Assembly: GCA_018304615.1 (NCBI GenBank)
Contig: JAGVVV010000006.1
Coordinates: forward strand, 1 to 58,926
From: Candidatus Aenigmatarchaeota archaeon
GTDB lineage: Archaea > Aenigmatarchaeota > Aenigmatarchaeia > CG10238-14 > SCSR01
Direction of reading: 5' to 3'
DNA length: 58,926 nucleotides
The notes beneath the pieces were generated by a model that did not search any database, was not told the DNA's origin, and saw only the letters and a list, made by a program, of their open reading frames with translations. Position numbers and translations under genes: made by a program. This document shows, piece after piece, positions 37,679-47,374 of this stretch. The stretch's first letter is position 1, and each line of letters opens with the position of its first letter.

Positions 37679-38782
37679 TTACATCTGTTCAGGAATTCTC
37701 ATCAAGTTCTTTCTGCCGAAGTGGTTTATCCCAAATCCAAGTGCAATCAATCCTGCCAGAACAGCTAGAGCAATCATAATGATCACTGATTCGCTGATAC
37801 CTGCAGCAGGAGTTACAGCAGTACTATAATGAGATTGAGATTCCCATGGAGGAGCATCGCCTTGGACTGCTATTCCGATAGTCTGTGGTGCTGCTGGCAA
37901 TGGAGAAGCTCTGTTCAAGCAGGTAGAACTAAGGCTTGTCGCGTCTGGAGAGACTGAAACAGAACCCTGTCCGGTAGTGTATCCGCCGGCGTATGCCCAA
38001 TAATTGTAATCTCCAGGCTGGATGTTTGAGAACAGAATCTTTCCGTTTACGGAAGATTGTGCATAAGCTCCGTTCCCTAGGACAGCCCATGATGGGAGTT
38101 GCTGGCCATTCGAACAGTCAGTTACATTCAACCACAAGGACGCGACATTAGTCTGGTACTGGTATGGGTATGGAAGATTTTGAACTGGCCCTTGGACATT
38201 AACTCTCTCAGTCCATATTCCAGGCTCACACCCATCTATAGAAGCGTTCACAGTCACCCAGTGCGGGCCGCTGTACAAGAAAGGAGATACAGGGAAGCTT
38301 GCATAATAATAACCATTCCAATCACCCTGAACAGTCGAGACCAGGCTACCATCCCAGTAAATAGAGGCTTTAGGATTGACGATTTGGTATCCGATCGCTG
38401 ACGTCCACATTCTTCCGTAAATAGTTAGCTTTGATCCGGCTTGGACTGTGGACCTGTCTATTGGAACTGTCACATTGGTGTAGCATTTGGCTGTGTTGAC
38501 AGTCCACGGCAATCCGTAATTGGTTGAGAAAAGAATCAAAGGATATTGCTGATTTGTCCAAGATCCCCATGGAGCCCAATTCCACTGCCATTGCTGTGGT
38601 ACCCATCCCCAAGGCCCTGGAACATTCTGGGATTGCCAGTTAGGATAGTACTGGGCAAAAGAAATTTGTGTGAAAACTTGGACGAAAACGAATAATGAAA
38701 CTGCGAACAAAACTAGTTTTCCCACACTCTTCATACCATTTCTTTGAATGTGAAAATACTTAAGTGATTGGGAATTTTTCAT
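37679..38782 (-). CDS. Surface protein with Trp/Gln-rich N-terminus; partial paralog of 33733-35952
   Basis: Signal peptide, NVTDCSN...CLNR module, C-terminal TM. Confidence 0.8.
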   Translation of the reverse strand: MKNSQSLKYFHIQRNGMKSVGKLVLFAVSLFVFVQVFTQISFAQYYPNWQSQNVPGPWGWVPQQWQWNWAPWGSWTNQQYPLILFSTNYGLPWTVNTAKCYTNVTVPIDRSTVQAGSKLTIYGRMWTSAIGYQIVNPKASIYWDGSLVSTVQGDWNGYYYASFPVSPFLYSGPHWVTVNASIDGCEPGIWTERVNVQGPVQNLPYPYQYQTNVASLWLNVTDCSNGQQLPSWAVLGNGAYAQSSVNGKILFSNIQPGDYNYWAYAGGYTTGQGSVSVSPDATSLSSTCLNRASPLPAAPQTIGIAVQGDAPPWESQSHYSTAVTPAAGISESVIIMIALAVLAGLIALGFGINHFGRKNLMRIPEQM

Positions 38783-38914
38783 GAAATAGAAAATTTAAAT
38801 TCATTTCTTGAAAACAGACATGAAATCAACTTTCTCATGGCAGTATGCGCAAAGTATGTTCATCATCCCGTCGTTCTGCATGAGAACAGGTTTCCCTTTG
38901 GATTTGTCGCATGA

Positions 38915-39364
38915 ATGAAGTTGTCTGAAGTCAATCACTTTTTCACCAAAATGAATATACCCTTGCTCCGTGCATCTGGATCACAGCAAGCTTGTGCAAA
39001 CTCAACAGAGGCTTTTGAGCAAGGTAAAATTAATATAACCCTCAACCCTAAAATACTTTCTATGCGACCTCTGGAAAGGCAAATAACTTCTCTCCAGGAC
39101 CTGAAAAATCAGTGGAAAGATCTAGACCAAGACGCAGGTATCAGGATAATACCAAACTGCAAGATATTCCGTCCTCAGACAAGAATTTTCCTATTCTTCT
39201 ATGACGGCAAGTACTGGATAAACATTTCAAATGATAATAAAAAGCAGAAAGAGTGCCCTGTTGGAAATAAGAATGAAGTAATTTTCGAAATCAAGGATTT
39301 CGACCGTGCATGGAGCGCGGTTCAGAAGATAATAGACCATCCTCTGCAGGCGTGGGCATACTAG
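38915..39364 (+). CDS. Hypothetical protein
   Basis: 149-aa ORF; start uncertain. Confidence 0.5.
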   Translation: MKLSEVNHFFTKMNIPLLRASGSQQACANSTEAFEQGKINITLNPKILSMRPLERQITSLQDLKNQWKDLDQDAGIRIIPNCKIFRPQTRIFLFFYDGKYWINISNDNKKQKECPVGNKNEVIFEIKDFDRAWSAVQKIIDHPLQAWAY

Positions 39365-39483
39365 TTTTTTAAGCATAGCTTCCTAAATGATTCAAGGTGT
39401 TCGAATTAGGTGGCTGAAGGGTTTACGAGTTCTGGATTTTTATTGTACAGTCTCCTTAAATTAGAGATAAAAGGAAGCTTTAG

Positions 39484-41814
39484 ATGAGATTCACTCCGAA
39501 GATAAAAGAAAAGGTCTGGGAAATAAAACTCGAGAAGAAGATTTTTGACAAGTGGACAAGCGAGAAGATCCATGTTTTCAATGTCAAGAGCAAGAAGAAG
39601 ATATTTGCCATAGACACTCCTCCTCCTTATCCGTCCGGAAGGCCGTGGCACATAGGTGCTGCCGCTCATTATTCTCAGATCGACATGATCGCTCGAACGG
39701 CGAGGATGATGGGAAAAGAAGTTTACTTCCCGATCGGGATAGACAGGAACGGAGTCCCTGTGGAGAATTACACTGAGAAGAAATTCAACATAAGAATGCA
39801 AGATACTCCCAGAGAAAAATTCCTGGAATTGGCGAAAACTGCTCTGGACGATCTGGAAGCAGAGATGATCGGGATAATGAAATCGATGGGACTGAGCGGG
39901 AATTTCGAGAATTATTACAGGACCGATTCCACTGAATACAGGAAATTAACGCAGACGACATTCATAATGATGTGGAAGAAAGGATTGATCTACGAGGACA
40001 TGAGGCCGAATAATTTCTGCATCGATTGCGGCACTACGATTGCTGACGCAGACATAACTTACGAGGATCTGCCTGCCCAACTCGTCTATATGAATTGGAA
40101 AGTGAAAGATTCCGATGAAAACATAATCATCGCCAGCACGAGACCGGAACTTATCTGCGCATGCCAGACTCTTATTGTAAATCCAGATGACGAAAGATTC
40201 AAGCATCTGCACGGAAAGTTTGCGACCATTCCAATTTACAACAGGGAAGTCAAAATAATTCCTCACCCTGCAGCTGATACTGAGTTCGGTAGCGGTGCGC
40301 TGATGATCTGCAGTTATGGTGATTACGAGGATGTCAGGCTGTTCAGGGAATTGGGGTTGAAAGAAGTTGTCGCCATAGATTCTAAAGGAAGGATGACAGA
40401 CAAGGCTGGAAAGTATGCCGGATTGAAGATAAAAGAGGCGAGGATGAAAATTATCCAAGATTTCGAGAATACTGGGATTATAATAAAAAAAGAGAACATA
40501 ACGCACAGGACACCTATCTGTGACAGGAGCAACACTCCGATAGAAATAATATCGATGAAAGAATTTTACCTGAAGCAGCTGGACTTTAAAGGAAAAATAA
40601 AAAAGGCTTCAGAAAAGCTGAAATTCCATCCAGAGGAACACAGGCAGATTCTCAACAACTGGATTGATGCTATTTCTATCGACTGGCCGATTTCAAGGAG
40701 AAGATTTTACGGTACAGAAATTCCAGTCTGGTTTTGCAAGTCCTGCAAGAAGGCTGTGGTTCCGGAGCCGGGAAAATACTACCAGCCATGGAAGGAGAGA
40801 AGCCCGGTTAGGAAATGCCCGTCATGCGGAGGAAGATCTTTCACAGGAGATGGTAGAACTTTCGACACATGGTTTGATTCAAGCATCTCCCCTCTGTTCA
40901 TAACAAAATTCATGAAAGACAAAACATTCTTTGCAAAAACCTATCCGTGCAGCATAAGGCCGCAGGCGAAAGACATAATCAGAACTTGGCTGTATTACAC
41001 ACTTTTGAGATGCTACCAGATCACAGGGAATCTCCCGTTCGAGCATGCGTGGATCCAGGGATATGGGGTGGACGAGAAGGGGGAGAAGATGAGCAAATCG
41101 AAAGGAAATGTCATCGATCCAATTCCCATTTTGGAAAAATATGGAGGTGACAATTTCAGATTCTGGGATGCGGCAGAAGCATCGCTCGGTTCAGATTTCA
41201 GATCTTCTGAGCAGAGGGTGATAGGATCATCCAAATTTTTGACGAAACTGTGGAATGTTGCCAAATACATCTCCATGTTTCCACAATCTCCAGAAGTGAA
41301 ACTAACTCCAACAGACAGATGGATTCTCGCAGAGTTGAACAAGGTTATCGAGGATTGCATGAAAGGATACGAAGATTTCAATTTCTTCATCCCCGCAAAC
41401 AGGATTAGGGAATTCGTGTGGAATGTCTTCGCACCGCACTATCTGGAGATGTCGAAGGCAAGGGCGTATGGGACTAATTTTTCAAAGGAAGACCAGAAGG
41501 CAGCATGGTTCACTCTGAACGAATGTTTGAAATCAATCCTTCTCTTGCTTGCTCCGATCACTCCGTTCCTCAGCGATTTTGTGTGGAGGACTCTGTACGG
41601 AAAGAAGAGCATCCACATAGAACAATTTCCAAAGACAAGATGGAAGAGCGATCTAGGAAAATTGACACAAGACATAATCGATTTCAACTCTGTTGTCTGG
41701 AACAAGAAGAAAGAGAAGAACATATCTTTGAAAGATCCGATCAAGATTGAAATACCGAAAGACCTGAAGGAGTTCGAAAAAGATCTCATAGTCATGCACA
41801 ATGCCAAATCTTAA
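39484..41814 (+). CDS. valS: Valyl-tRNA synthetase, archaeal type
   Basis: DTPPPYPSG, HIGA, STRPEL, DWPISRRR, DTWFDSS, KMSKS. Confidence 0.95.
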   Translation: MRFTPKIKEKVWEIKLEKKIFDKWTSEKIHVFNVKSKKKIFAIDTPPPYPSGRPWHIGAAAHYSQIDMIARTARMMGKEVYFPIGIDRNGVPVENYTEKKFNIRMQDTPREKFLELAKTALDDLEAEMIGIMKSMGLSGNFENYYRTDSTEYRKLTQTTFIMMWKKGLIYEDMRPNNFCIDCGTTIADADITYEDLPAQLVYMNWKVKDSDENIIIASTRPELICACQTLIVNPDDERFKHLHGKFATIPIYNREVKIIPHPAADTEFGSGALMICSYGDYEDVRLFRELGLKEVVAIDSKGRMTDKAGKYAGLKIKEARMKIIQDFENTGIIIKKENITHRTPICDRSNTPIEIISMKEFYLKQLDFKGKIKKASEKLKFHPEEHRQILNNWIDAISIDWPISRRRFYGTEIPVWFCKSCKKAVVPEPGKYYQPWKERSPVRKCPSCGGRSFTGDGRTFDTWFDSSISPLFITKFMKDKTFFAKTYPCSIRPQAKDIIRTWLYYTLLRCYQITGNLPFEHAWIQGYGVDEKGEKMSKSKGNVIDPIPILEKYGGDNFRFWDAAEASLGSDFRSSEQRVIGSSKFLTKLWNVAKYISMFPQSPEVKLTPTDRWILAELNKVIEDCMKGYEDFNFFIPANRIREFVWNVFAPHYLEMSKARAYGTNFSKEDQKAAWFTLNECLKSILLLLAPITPFLSDFVWRTLYGKKSIHIEQFPKTRWKSDLGKLTQDIIDFNSVVWNKKKEKNISLKDPIKIEIPKDLKEFEKDLIVMHNAKS

Positions 41815-41984
41815 TGCTTATGCCGATAAACAAACCATGGCATGAAAAAAACAGGATGCCGAAAAATCCTAATTTAGGACATAGAATTAAATGGCATCTA
41901 GAACATTCTAAAAACTGCGGTTGCAGAGAAATTCCTCAAAAGCTTTTAAGAGAGATGAAGAGGAGATCGACGAATAAAATTTAA
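41814..41984 (+). CDS. Small His/Cys-containing protein (not in ORF track)
   Basis: ATG overlaps the valS stop; MPINKPWHEKNRMPKNP...WHLEHSKNCGCREIP. Confidence 0.7.
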   Translation: MLMPINKPWHEKNRMPKNPNLGHRIKWHLEHSKNCGCREIPQKLLREMKRRSTNKI

Positions 41985-42011
41985 ATACGGGCGACAAACT
42001 ATAAACAGTCG

Positions 42012-43221
42012 GTGACTTGCATTTAATGAAGAACAAATCTACAGGCTTAGAAAGCTCATCAAAGAGCTAGATTCTTATAGAGGTAGGCATACCGAACTTG
42101 TTTCTGTTTACATTCCTGCTGGATATCAAGTTTCTGATGTCATCAACCAACTAACCAATGAAAAATCCACTGCAAGCAACATCAAGAGCAAGACCACTAG
42201 AAAGAACGTCCTCACTGCCTTGGAAAAAATAATCCAGCATCTGCGATTGCTTAAGCAAACTCCGGAGAATGGTTTTGTAGTTTTCTCTGGCAATGTCTCT
42301 CCGATAGAAGGAAAGGAAGACATAAGAATCTGGTCTTTCGAACCGCCGATAAAAATGAACCAGAAGATGTACTGGTGCGACCAGAAGTTTGTTATAGAAC
42401 CGTTAAGAGATTTCATCCAGGAAAAGGAAGTTTACGGTCTGATAGTTTTGGATGCAAAGGAAGCGTACATAGGACTGTTGAAAGGAAAATCTATTGTAGT
42501 GGTCAAGCATGACGACTCTACTGTCCCATCTAAATCTGTGAAAGGAGGAATGTCAGCCCGCAGATACGACAGGATCAGAGAAGATGCTCTGAACGAATTT
42601 TTCAGGAAAATTGCTGAGCTTGCATCTCAGGCATTCTTGCAGGAAAAAAATATCAAGGGTGTGATAATCGGCGGACCGGGCCCGATAAAAGAAATGTTCT
42701 ACAAAGGAAACTACCTCCATTACGAAATCCAAAACAAAGTTTTGGGAGTGAAAGATACGAGTTATACAGACGAGACTGGGTTGGAGGAGATTGTTCATAG
42801 GTCAGAAGACTTGTTGAAGGAAACTTCAATCGCCAAAGAGAGGGAACTTTTGAACGCATTTTTCACTGAACTCCAAAAAGACGGAAAGATTACTTATGGG
42901 TTGAAGGAGGTAGAGAAGGCCCTTGAGATGGGGGCTGTGGAGACTCTTTTGATTTCTGAGGAATTCGACAAAATAAGAGGAAAGTTCATCTGCCAGAACG
43001 AGCATGAGTTTGAAAAAGACGCGAAGAAGGATATGGATGTTAAATGTCCAGAATGTCTTGCACCTGCTAAACTCCATCAATTCAAAGATCTCAATGAATA
43101 TCTGATCGAACGTGCGAAAACTTTAGGCGCGAAGGTCGAAGTGATCTCGACCCAAACTGGTGAAGGAAAACAATTCAAAGAACTTGGCGGAATAGCTGCT
43201 TTTCTGAGGTACAAAATCTAG
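42012..43221 (+). CDS. prf1: Peptide chain release factor aRF1; start out of frame (candidate +1 frameshift); GGM in place of GGQ
   Basis: The frame of ORF 42220 extends upstream through RGRHTELVSVYIP and NIKS to TGA at 42013 with no ATG/GTG/TTG; YWCD, GPG and GGIAAFLRY motifs. Confidence 0.93.
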
Positions 43222-44036
43222 ACTTTCTGATAGACTCGATACTTTGGCCTTTTCCATTTGTCGTAGAGTTTCTTCCAATCGTCTTTCTTCCTCTTGAATA
43301 TGAAGAAGAACACGAACAGGGGAATCAATACTACAATCAACACGATAGCAAGAATCAATCCCCATGGGAATTCGTTACCTGTTTCCTGTGGAGTAGTTGT
43401 ACTTATCTCCTGGCAGTTGTTCGCAACGCATTCAAATCCATCTGAGCAGGACTTGTCAAAGAAAGAGTCTTCATTCTGGCAGCAGTCAAATTGACAATCT
43501 TGTTTAGAAATAGTTGTGGTTGTTGGAGTGGGAGTTGAAGTTGTAGTCGTAGTGACAATCAACGGTGCTTGGCAGATTCCATTAACACATTGAAGACCGG
43601 GGCAGCAGATACTGAAAGCGGTGCACACATTTCCAAGCGGACGGCAACTGATACCTCCGCCACCGCCACCACCTCCTCCGCTAGTCGTTGCTGTAGTCGT
43701 TCCAGAAGTGGTTGCTGTAGTCGTAGATGTTGTTGGAGCTGATGATACGCTAACTGAGCTGCAGGAAGTGACTATTGATGTGTTGTCGCAGAAAGGTTTA
43801 GCGTAAAAGGTTCCAGTTGAAGACGGGTACCATGTCGCAGATCCAGAAGTGATGTAAGGGTTGTCAGAAGGCGGACCTGAACATGTATTTGTAGGATAAA
43901 TGAGAAGTTTTCCAGAAGAACAATCTGATACAGTGCAATTGCATGAATTGGTGTCGCATGTCGAGCATGAGACTGAACCGTAGACTGCCGAAGGGATGAA
44001 GAGTAAAAATGCGGCGATAATTATAATTTTTTTCAT
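43218..44036 (-). CDS. Cys-rich, Thr-linker surface protein with C-terminal TM
   Basis: Signal peptide, several Cys modules, TM followed by a basic tail. Confidence 0.8.
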   Translation of the reverse strand: MKKIIIIAAFLLFIPSAVYGSVSCSTCDTNSCNCTVSDCSSGKLLIYPTNTCSGPPSDNPYITSGSATWYPSSTGTFYAKPFCDNTSIVTSCSSVSVSSAPTTSTTTATTSGTTTATTSGGGGGGGGGISCRPLGNVCTAFSICCPGLQCVNGICQAPLIVTTTTTSTPTPTTTTISKQDCQFDCCQNEDSFFDKSCSDGFECVANNCQEISTTTPQETGNEFPWGLILAIVLIVVLIPLFVFFFIFKRKKDDWKKLYDKWKRPKYRVYQKV

Positions 44037-44040
44037 ACCA

Positions 44041-45366
44041 TCAACAGGTCAAAGTTTTGTCTTGTGAAGTTGTGGAATATGCAATCGGAGTTGTCAAGTC
44101 AGTGTCGCTCTTCTTGTAGGCAATCCATGAGATCTTGTATGTCCCGGTTCCGTATGTCGAGCAGTAGAAGTTGAAGATTAGAATGTCTCCCAATGTGGAA
44201 GTCGCCCCTCCGCTGCTGATTATTTTGCTTTTTGAATTTGAGACAAGGAACAGGACGTTGATACTCTCCAGATAGTTGGAGTTGAAGTCGAACATGCACT
44301 GGTAACCTATCGAGAGCGGCGAGCATGTGAAGTTCAGAGGAACTATACTCTGCAATACATTGATTTTGAAGTTGGCAAATCCGGAATGTGAGGAATCACC
44401 TGAGTCCGAAGCGGTTGCGTTCAGTGTGTAGTTGCTTGGTAATGCGAAGTTGGTATGGTAGCTGAAATTCACCAATCTCGACTGGCCAGGTGCAAGATTG
44501 AAAGTGCTGGAATCAGACGTGATGTCGAACATGTTGAATGATCGATTGAATAAAGTGAACGATTCTTGGGAAGTGTTGAAAATGAATTGGGTGCTGCCGC
44601 AGGCCGTGTCGTCCATGTTTGTGACATTGGCTGTGAAGTTGACAGTCTCTCCGAGTTTAAGGGTGGCAGAAGTAGGATTGACGGTTATATCTGGTTTATT
44701 TCTTATACAGCCTGGTTGAGAAGTTGTAGTGGTGGTGGTTGTTCCACAAGCTCCAGGGCATGACTGAATAGCTGCTCCAAATTGATTACAACTAACATTT
44801 AGTAGAAAACAATTCGCAGAAGGTGCTGTTGGACATCCGCCTGAAGAAATCAAACAACAACAGAACTGTTCAGTACCAGTGGTTGTGGTGGTTGTCGTAG
44901 TTGTTGTGGTGCTTGTCGTAGTAGTTGTGGTGGTCGTGGTTGTACTTTTAATTTGAATCAGAGGGCTGCCTTCCTTAGTTTGAATCAGAGGGCTGCCTTC
45001 TTTGATGATCATCAATGGGCTGCCTTCTTTGATGATCATCAATGGGCTGCCTTCCTTAGTTTGAATCAGAGGGCTGCCTTCCTTAGTTTGAATCAGAGGG
45101 CTGCCTTCTTTGATGATCATCAATGGGCTGCCCTCCTTCTCTATAATCAGAGGGCTGCCTTCCTTAATTTGGATTAAGGGACTGCCTTCCTTAATTTGGA
45201 TTAAGGGACTGCCTTCCTTAATTTGAATCAGAGGGCTTCCCTCTAATATCATACCTAGTTGAGGTCCACGCTCGATATAATTCGAGATAAATGAATAATT
45301 TGACACAACAACAGCGACTGCAAAAATAGCAATCAGAATAATTACATATGTAATAAAAGGCTGCAT
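44041..45366 (-). CDS. Membrane-anchored surface protein with 11 x 9-aa repeats
   Basis: (EGSPLxxxK)11, Thr tracts, Ig-like domain, many NxS/T sites. Confidence 0.85.
   Translation of the reverse strand: MQPFITYVIILIAIFAVAVVVSNYSFISNYIERGPQLGMILEGSPLIQIKEGSPLIQIKEGSPLIQIKEGSPLIIEKEGSPLMIIKEGSPLIQTKEGSPLIQTKEGSPLMIIKEGSPLMIIKEGSPLIQTKEGSPLIQIKSTTTTTTTTTTSTTTTTTTTTTTGTEQFCCCLISSGGCPTAPSANCFLLNVSCNQFGAAIQSCPGACGTTTTTTTSQPGCIRNKPDITVNPTSATLKLGETVNFTANVTNMDDTACGSTQFIFNTSQESFTLFNRSFNMFDITSDSSTFNLAPGQSRLVNFSYHTNFALPSNYTLNATASDSGDSSHSGFANFKINVLQSIVPLNFTCSPLSIGYQCMFDFNSNYLESINVLFLVSNSKSKIISSGGATSTLGDILIFNFYCSTYGTGTYKISWIAYKKSDTDLTTPIAYSTTSQDKTLTC
44947..45243. repeat. Coding tandem repeat, 11 x 27 bp
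   Basis: In-frame units IQIK x3, IIEK, MIIK, IQTK x2, MIIK x2, IQTK, IQIK. Confidence 0.95.
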
Positions 45367-45404
45367 ATTAAAAAATTGGTTTTCAAGATTATAAATCTGC
45401 TATT

Positions 45405-46433
45405 TTAAGGGTTCATGTAATTAACTTTGAACAAATTAATCGCAATACTGGCCCTTAAAGTTGTCAATATTCTATATCTACCGTCAGATCCGATATTCCA
45501 ACTGCCGTCAGCGTTCTGTACTGCCAATATTTTTCCTGCCAAATCCTGCAAGAAAGTTTTATCTTCGTAACCACTTTTCGCAAGGGAGTAAAGAGAGTTG
45601 TGGTATACATCGAGGGGATATCTAAGTTTTCCGTTTTTGATTTGATCGACAATGTAAGATTTCGTGAATTGAATCAGGTCAAAATATTCTGAAATGTCAT
45701 AGCCATAGCTTTCCAGTCTGTCAAACATAAGTAGAATGTGATTCCCGGCAATGATTTTCCTGTCCAAATAGTCAGAACTGTTTATATAGGAAATGAACTC
45801 TTTTGATTTTAAATCAACTTGTTGTTTTAATACTTTCTCGTCCTCGTGATTTTCTGCAAGTAGAGAAATGCACCAGGTCTCATCAATGACTTTTCTCCAA
45901 AACTGGGTTTCGTTGGGATTCGTCCAGCCATAGGGTTTTAGTTCATTCCTGATTATTCTGTAAACACTAGTATCATTGTAAGTCCAACCAAGAATACAAT
46001 AAAGATCTAATGCAAAATCTCCGGGCTCCCTGCTTTTGTCAATATAACTATAATCGATTGAGCGATTTGGAAGGATTCTGAGCACTCCTCTTAAAAATGA
46101 GTTAGCATCATCAATCTTTCTCTCAAGGCCAGAAGTACTAAAATTTTCATCCTTCAAAAAAACAAAGTCTAGACTGGCGTCGATTCTCTTATATATGTAT
46201 GTCCCATCAGGGACCGTGCATTTTGATTCGTCTTTCAAGCAATCTTCATAGGCGTTTCCCAGAATATCCTTATCCAGATTTTGGTTTACTAAGAAAACCT
46301 TTGCTTTTATCAAAGAATTATCAATACGCTCATTCAGAGGTTTGGGTAACAGGACAATTATCGAAATCACAACAAAGGCTATCGGAATAGCTCTGCTCAA
46401 AATGAATTTTGTCAAATCCTTTTTCCGTGGCAT
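45405..46433 (-). CDS. TM-anchored helical protein with a prenyltransferase/QW-like repeat
   Basis: ILAVQNADGSW. Confidence 0.65.
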   Translation of the reverse strand: MPRKKDLTKFILSRAIPIAFVVISIIVLLPKPLNERIDNSLIKAKVFLVNQNLDKDILGNAYEDCLKDESKCTVPDGTYIYKRIDASLDFVFLKDENFSTSGLERKIDDANSFLRGVLRILPNRSIDYSYIDKSREPGDFALDLYCILGWTYNDTSVYRIIRNELKPYGWTNPNETQFWRKVIDETWCISLLAENHEDEKVLKQQVDLKSKEFISYINSSDYLDRKIIAGNHILLMFDRLESYGYDISEYFDLIQFTKSYIVDQIKNGKLRYPLDVYHNSLYSLAKSGYEDKTFLQDLAGKILAVQNADGSWNIGSDGRYRILTTLRASIAINLFKVNYMNP

Positions 46434-46469
46434 AACATATAGAATTTGTTACTAGAGAATAAAAAGAGT

Positions 46470-47333
46470 CTAAACAACAAATGTTAAAAATAGAATTGTT
46501 AATAAAGAAAAGATCGATAACAGAGCGACAAGGAGTTTGTCTGAAACATTTTCCAATTTTCTGGCCTTTGCAGAATCGAATCCTTTTCTTAACAAATTAA
46601 TTGCAATTGGGGATAATAAAATAAAGTAGATTCCCCATAAAATCCAAAGGATCAATTCATAAAAGATTTGATTGTTTATGTGGAATACTATTTGGAAGGA
46701 TGAAATTACGTTGACCAGTAGATGTGTCGTAATTGTCAAGAAAATATTTTTTGTGTAATAGAATAATATTGCTAGAAACATTGAATACGCTAGCACTGTA
46801 AATAAAATTATAAGAAAACTCGTCAGGTCTACATAGAAAAACCAGCCGAAATGAATGAGTGCGAAATTTGTTATTGTTATGTAAATTGCCCATCTGTCGC
46901 TAAAAACAGACGAAAGTTTACTTTGCAACAAGGATCTCATTCCAATTTCTTCGACAACGATAGCTATAGGGATTGAAAAAATTAGGAAGGTTGACAAATT
47001 CTGATAATCTAATCCCAAAGACTTGGCATAGAAAATGTCAAAATTAGGAAAGAAGACCCTGCTGATTATTGAGATGGGAAAAAATAGAGCTAATAAAACA
47101 AAAGCCAATTTTATATCGTTTTTATTTGGCTTCTTTATACCATAGTAATTAAGCTTCTTTTTAGACAGAACAGAATCGAAAATAACTAGTCCGAAAAGGA
47201 GAAATGCCAAAAGATATTCATTGAAGGGGGAATTGAAGAAATTTCGTATTAAAAAAAGTCCGAGTCCAGAAACAATTGCATTATAGAACAGAATTCTGAT
47301 TATCTGGTTATTCATCAAATTTCTTCCTGACAT
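46470..47333 (-). CDS. CPBP/Abi (type II CAAX) intramembrane protease
   Basis: EE...R, FALIH, H...N. Confidence 0.88.
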   Translation of the reverse strand: MSGRNLMNNQIIRILFYNAIVSGLGLFLIRNFFNSPFNEYLLAFLLFGLVIFDSVLSKKKLNYYGIKKPNKNDIKLAFVLLALFFPISIISRVFFPNFDIFYAKSLGLDYQNLSTFLIFSIPIAIVVEEIGMRSLLQSKLSSVFSDRWAIYITITNFALIHFGWFFYVDLTSFLIILFTVLAYSMFLAILFYYTKNIFLTITTHLLVNVISSFQIVFHINNQIFYELILWILWGIYFILLSPIAINLLRKGFDSAKARKLENVSDKLLVALLSIFSLLTILFLTFVV

Positions 47334-47374
47334 TTATATCACTTTTCTCGAATAAAAGATGAAATTTAAAAAAA

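Noticed and set aside
39406-41807. Many antisense and alternate-frame ORFs inside valS and other long genes
   Set aside because: Shadow ORFs with no motifs, fully overlapping well-supported genes.
42001-42015. Selenocysteine or readthrough of the TGA at 42013 from an ATA start
   Set aside because: Needs both an atypical start and readthrough, the start lies too close to the TATA-like box, and I see no supporting structure.
44880-44946. ACN-rich trinucleotide tracts (also near 11030, 12290, 24270, 43520) as DNA-level elements
   Set aside because: Ordinary poly-Thr linker coding with mixed synonymous codons.
44947-45243. 27-bp periodic repeat as a CRISPR array
   Set aside because: Units are contiguous with no unique spacers, stay in frame within a gene, and no cas genes are present.
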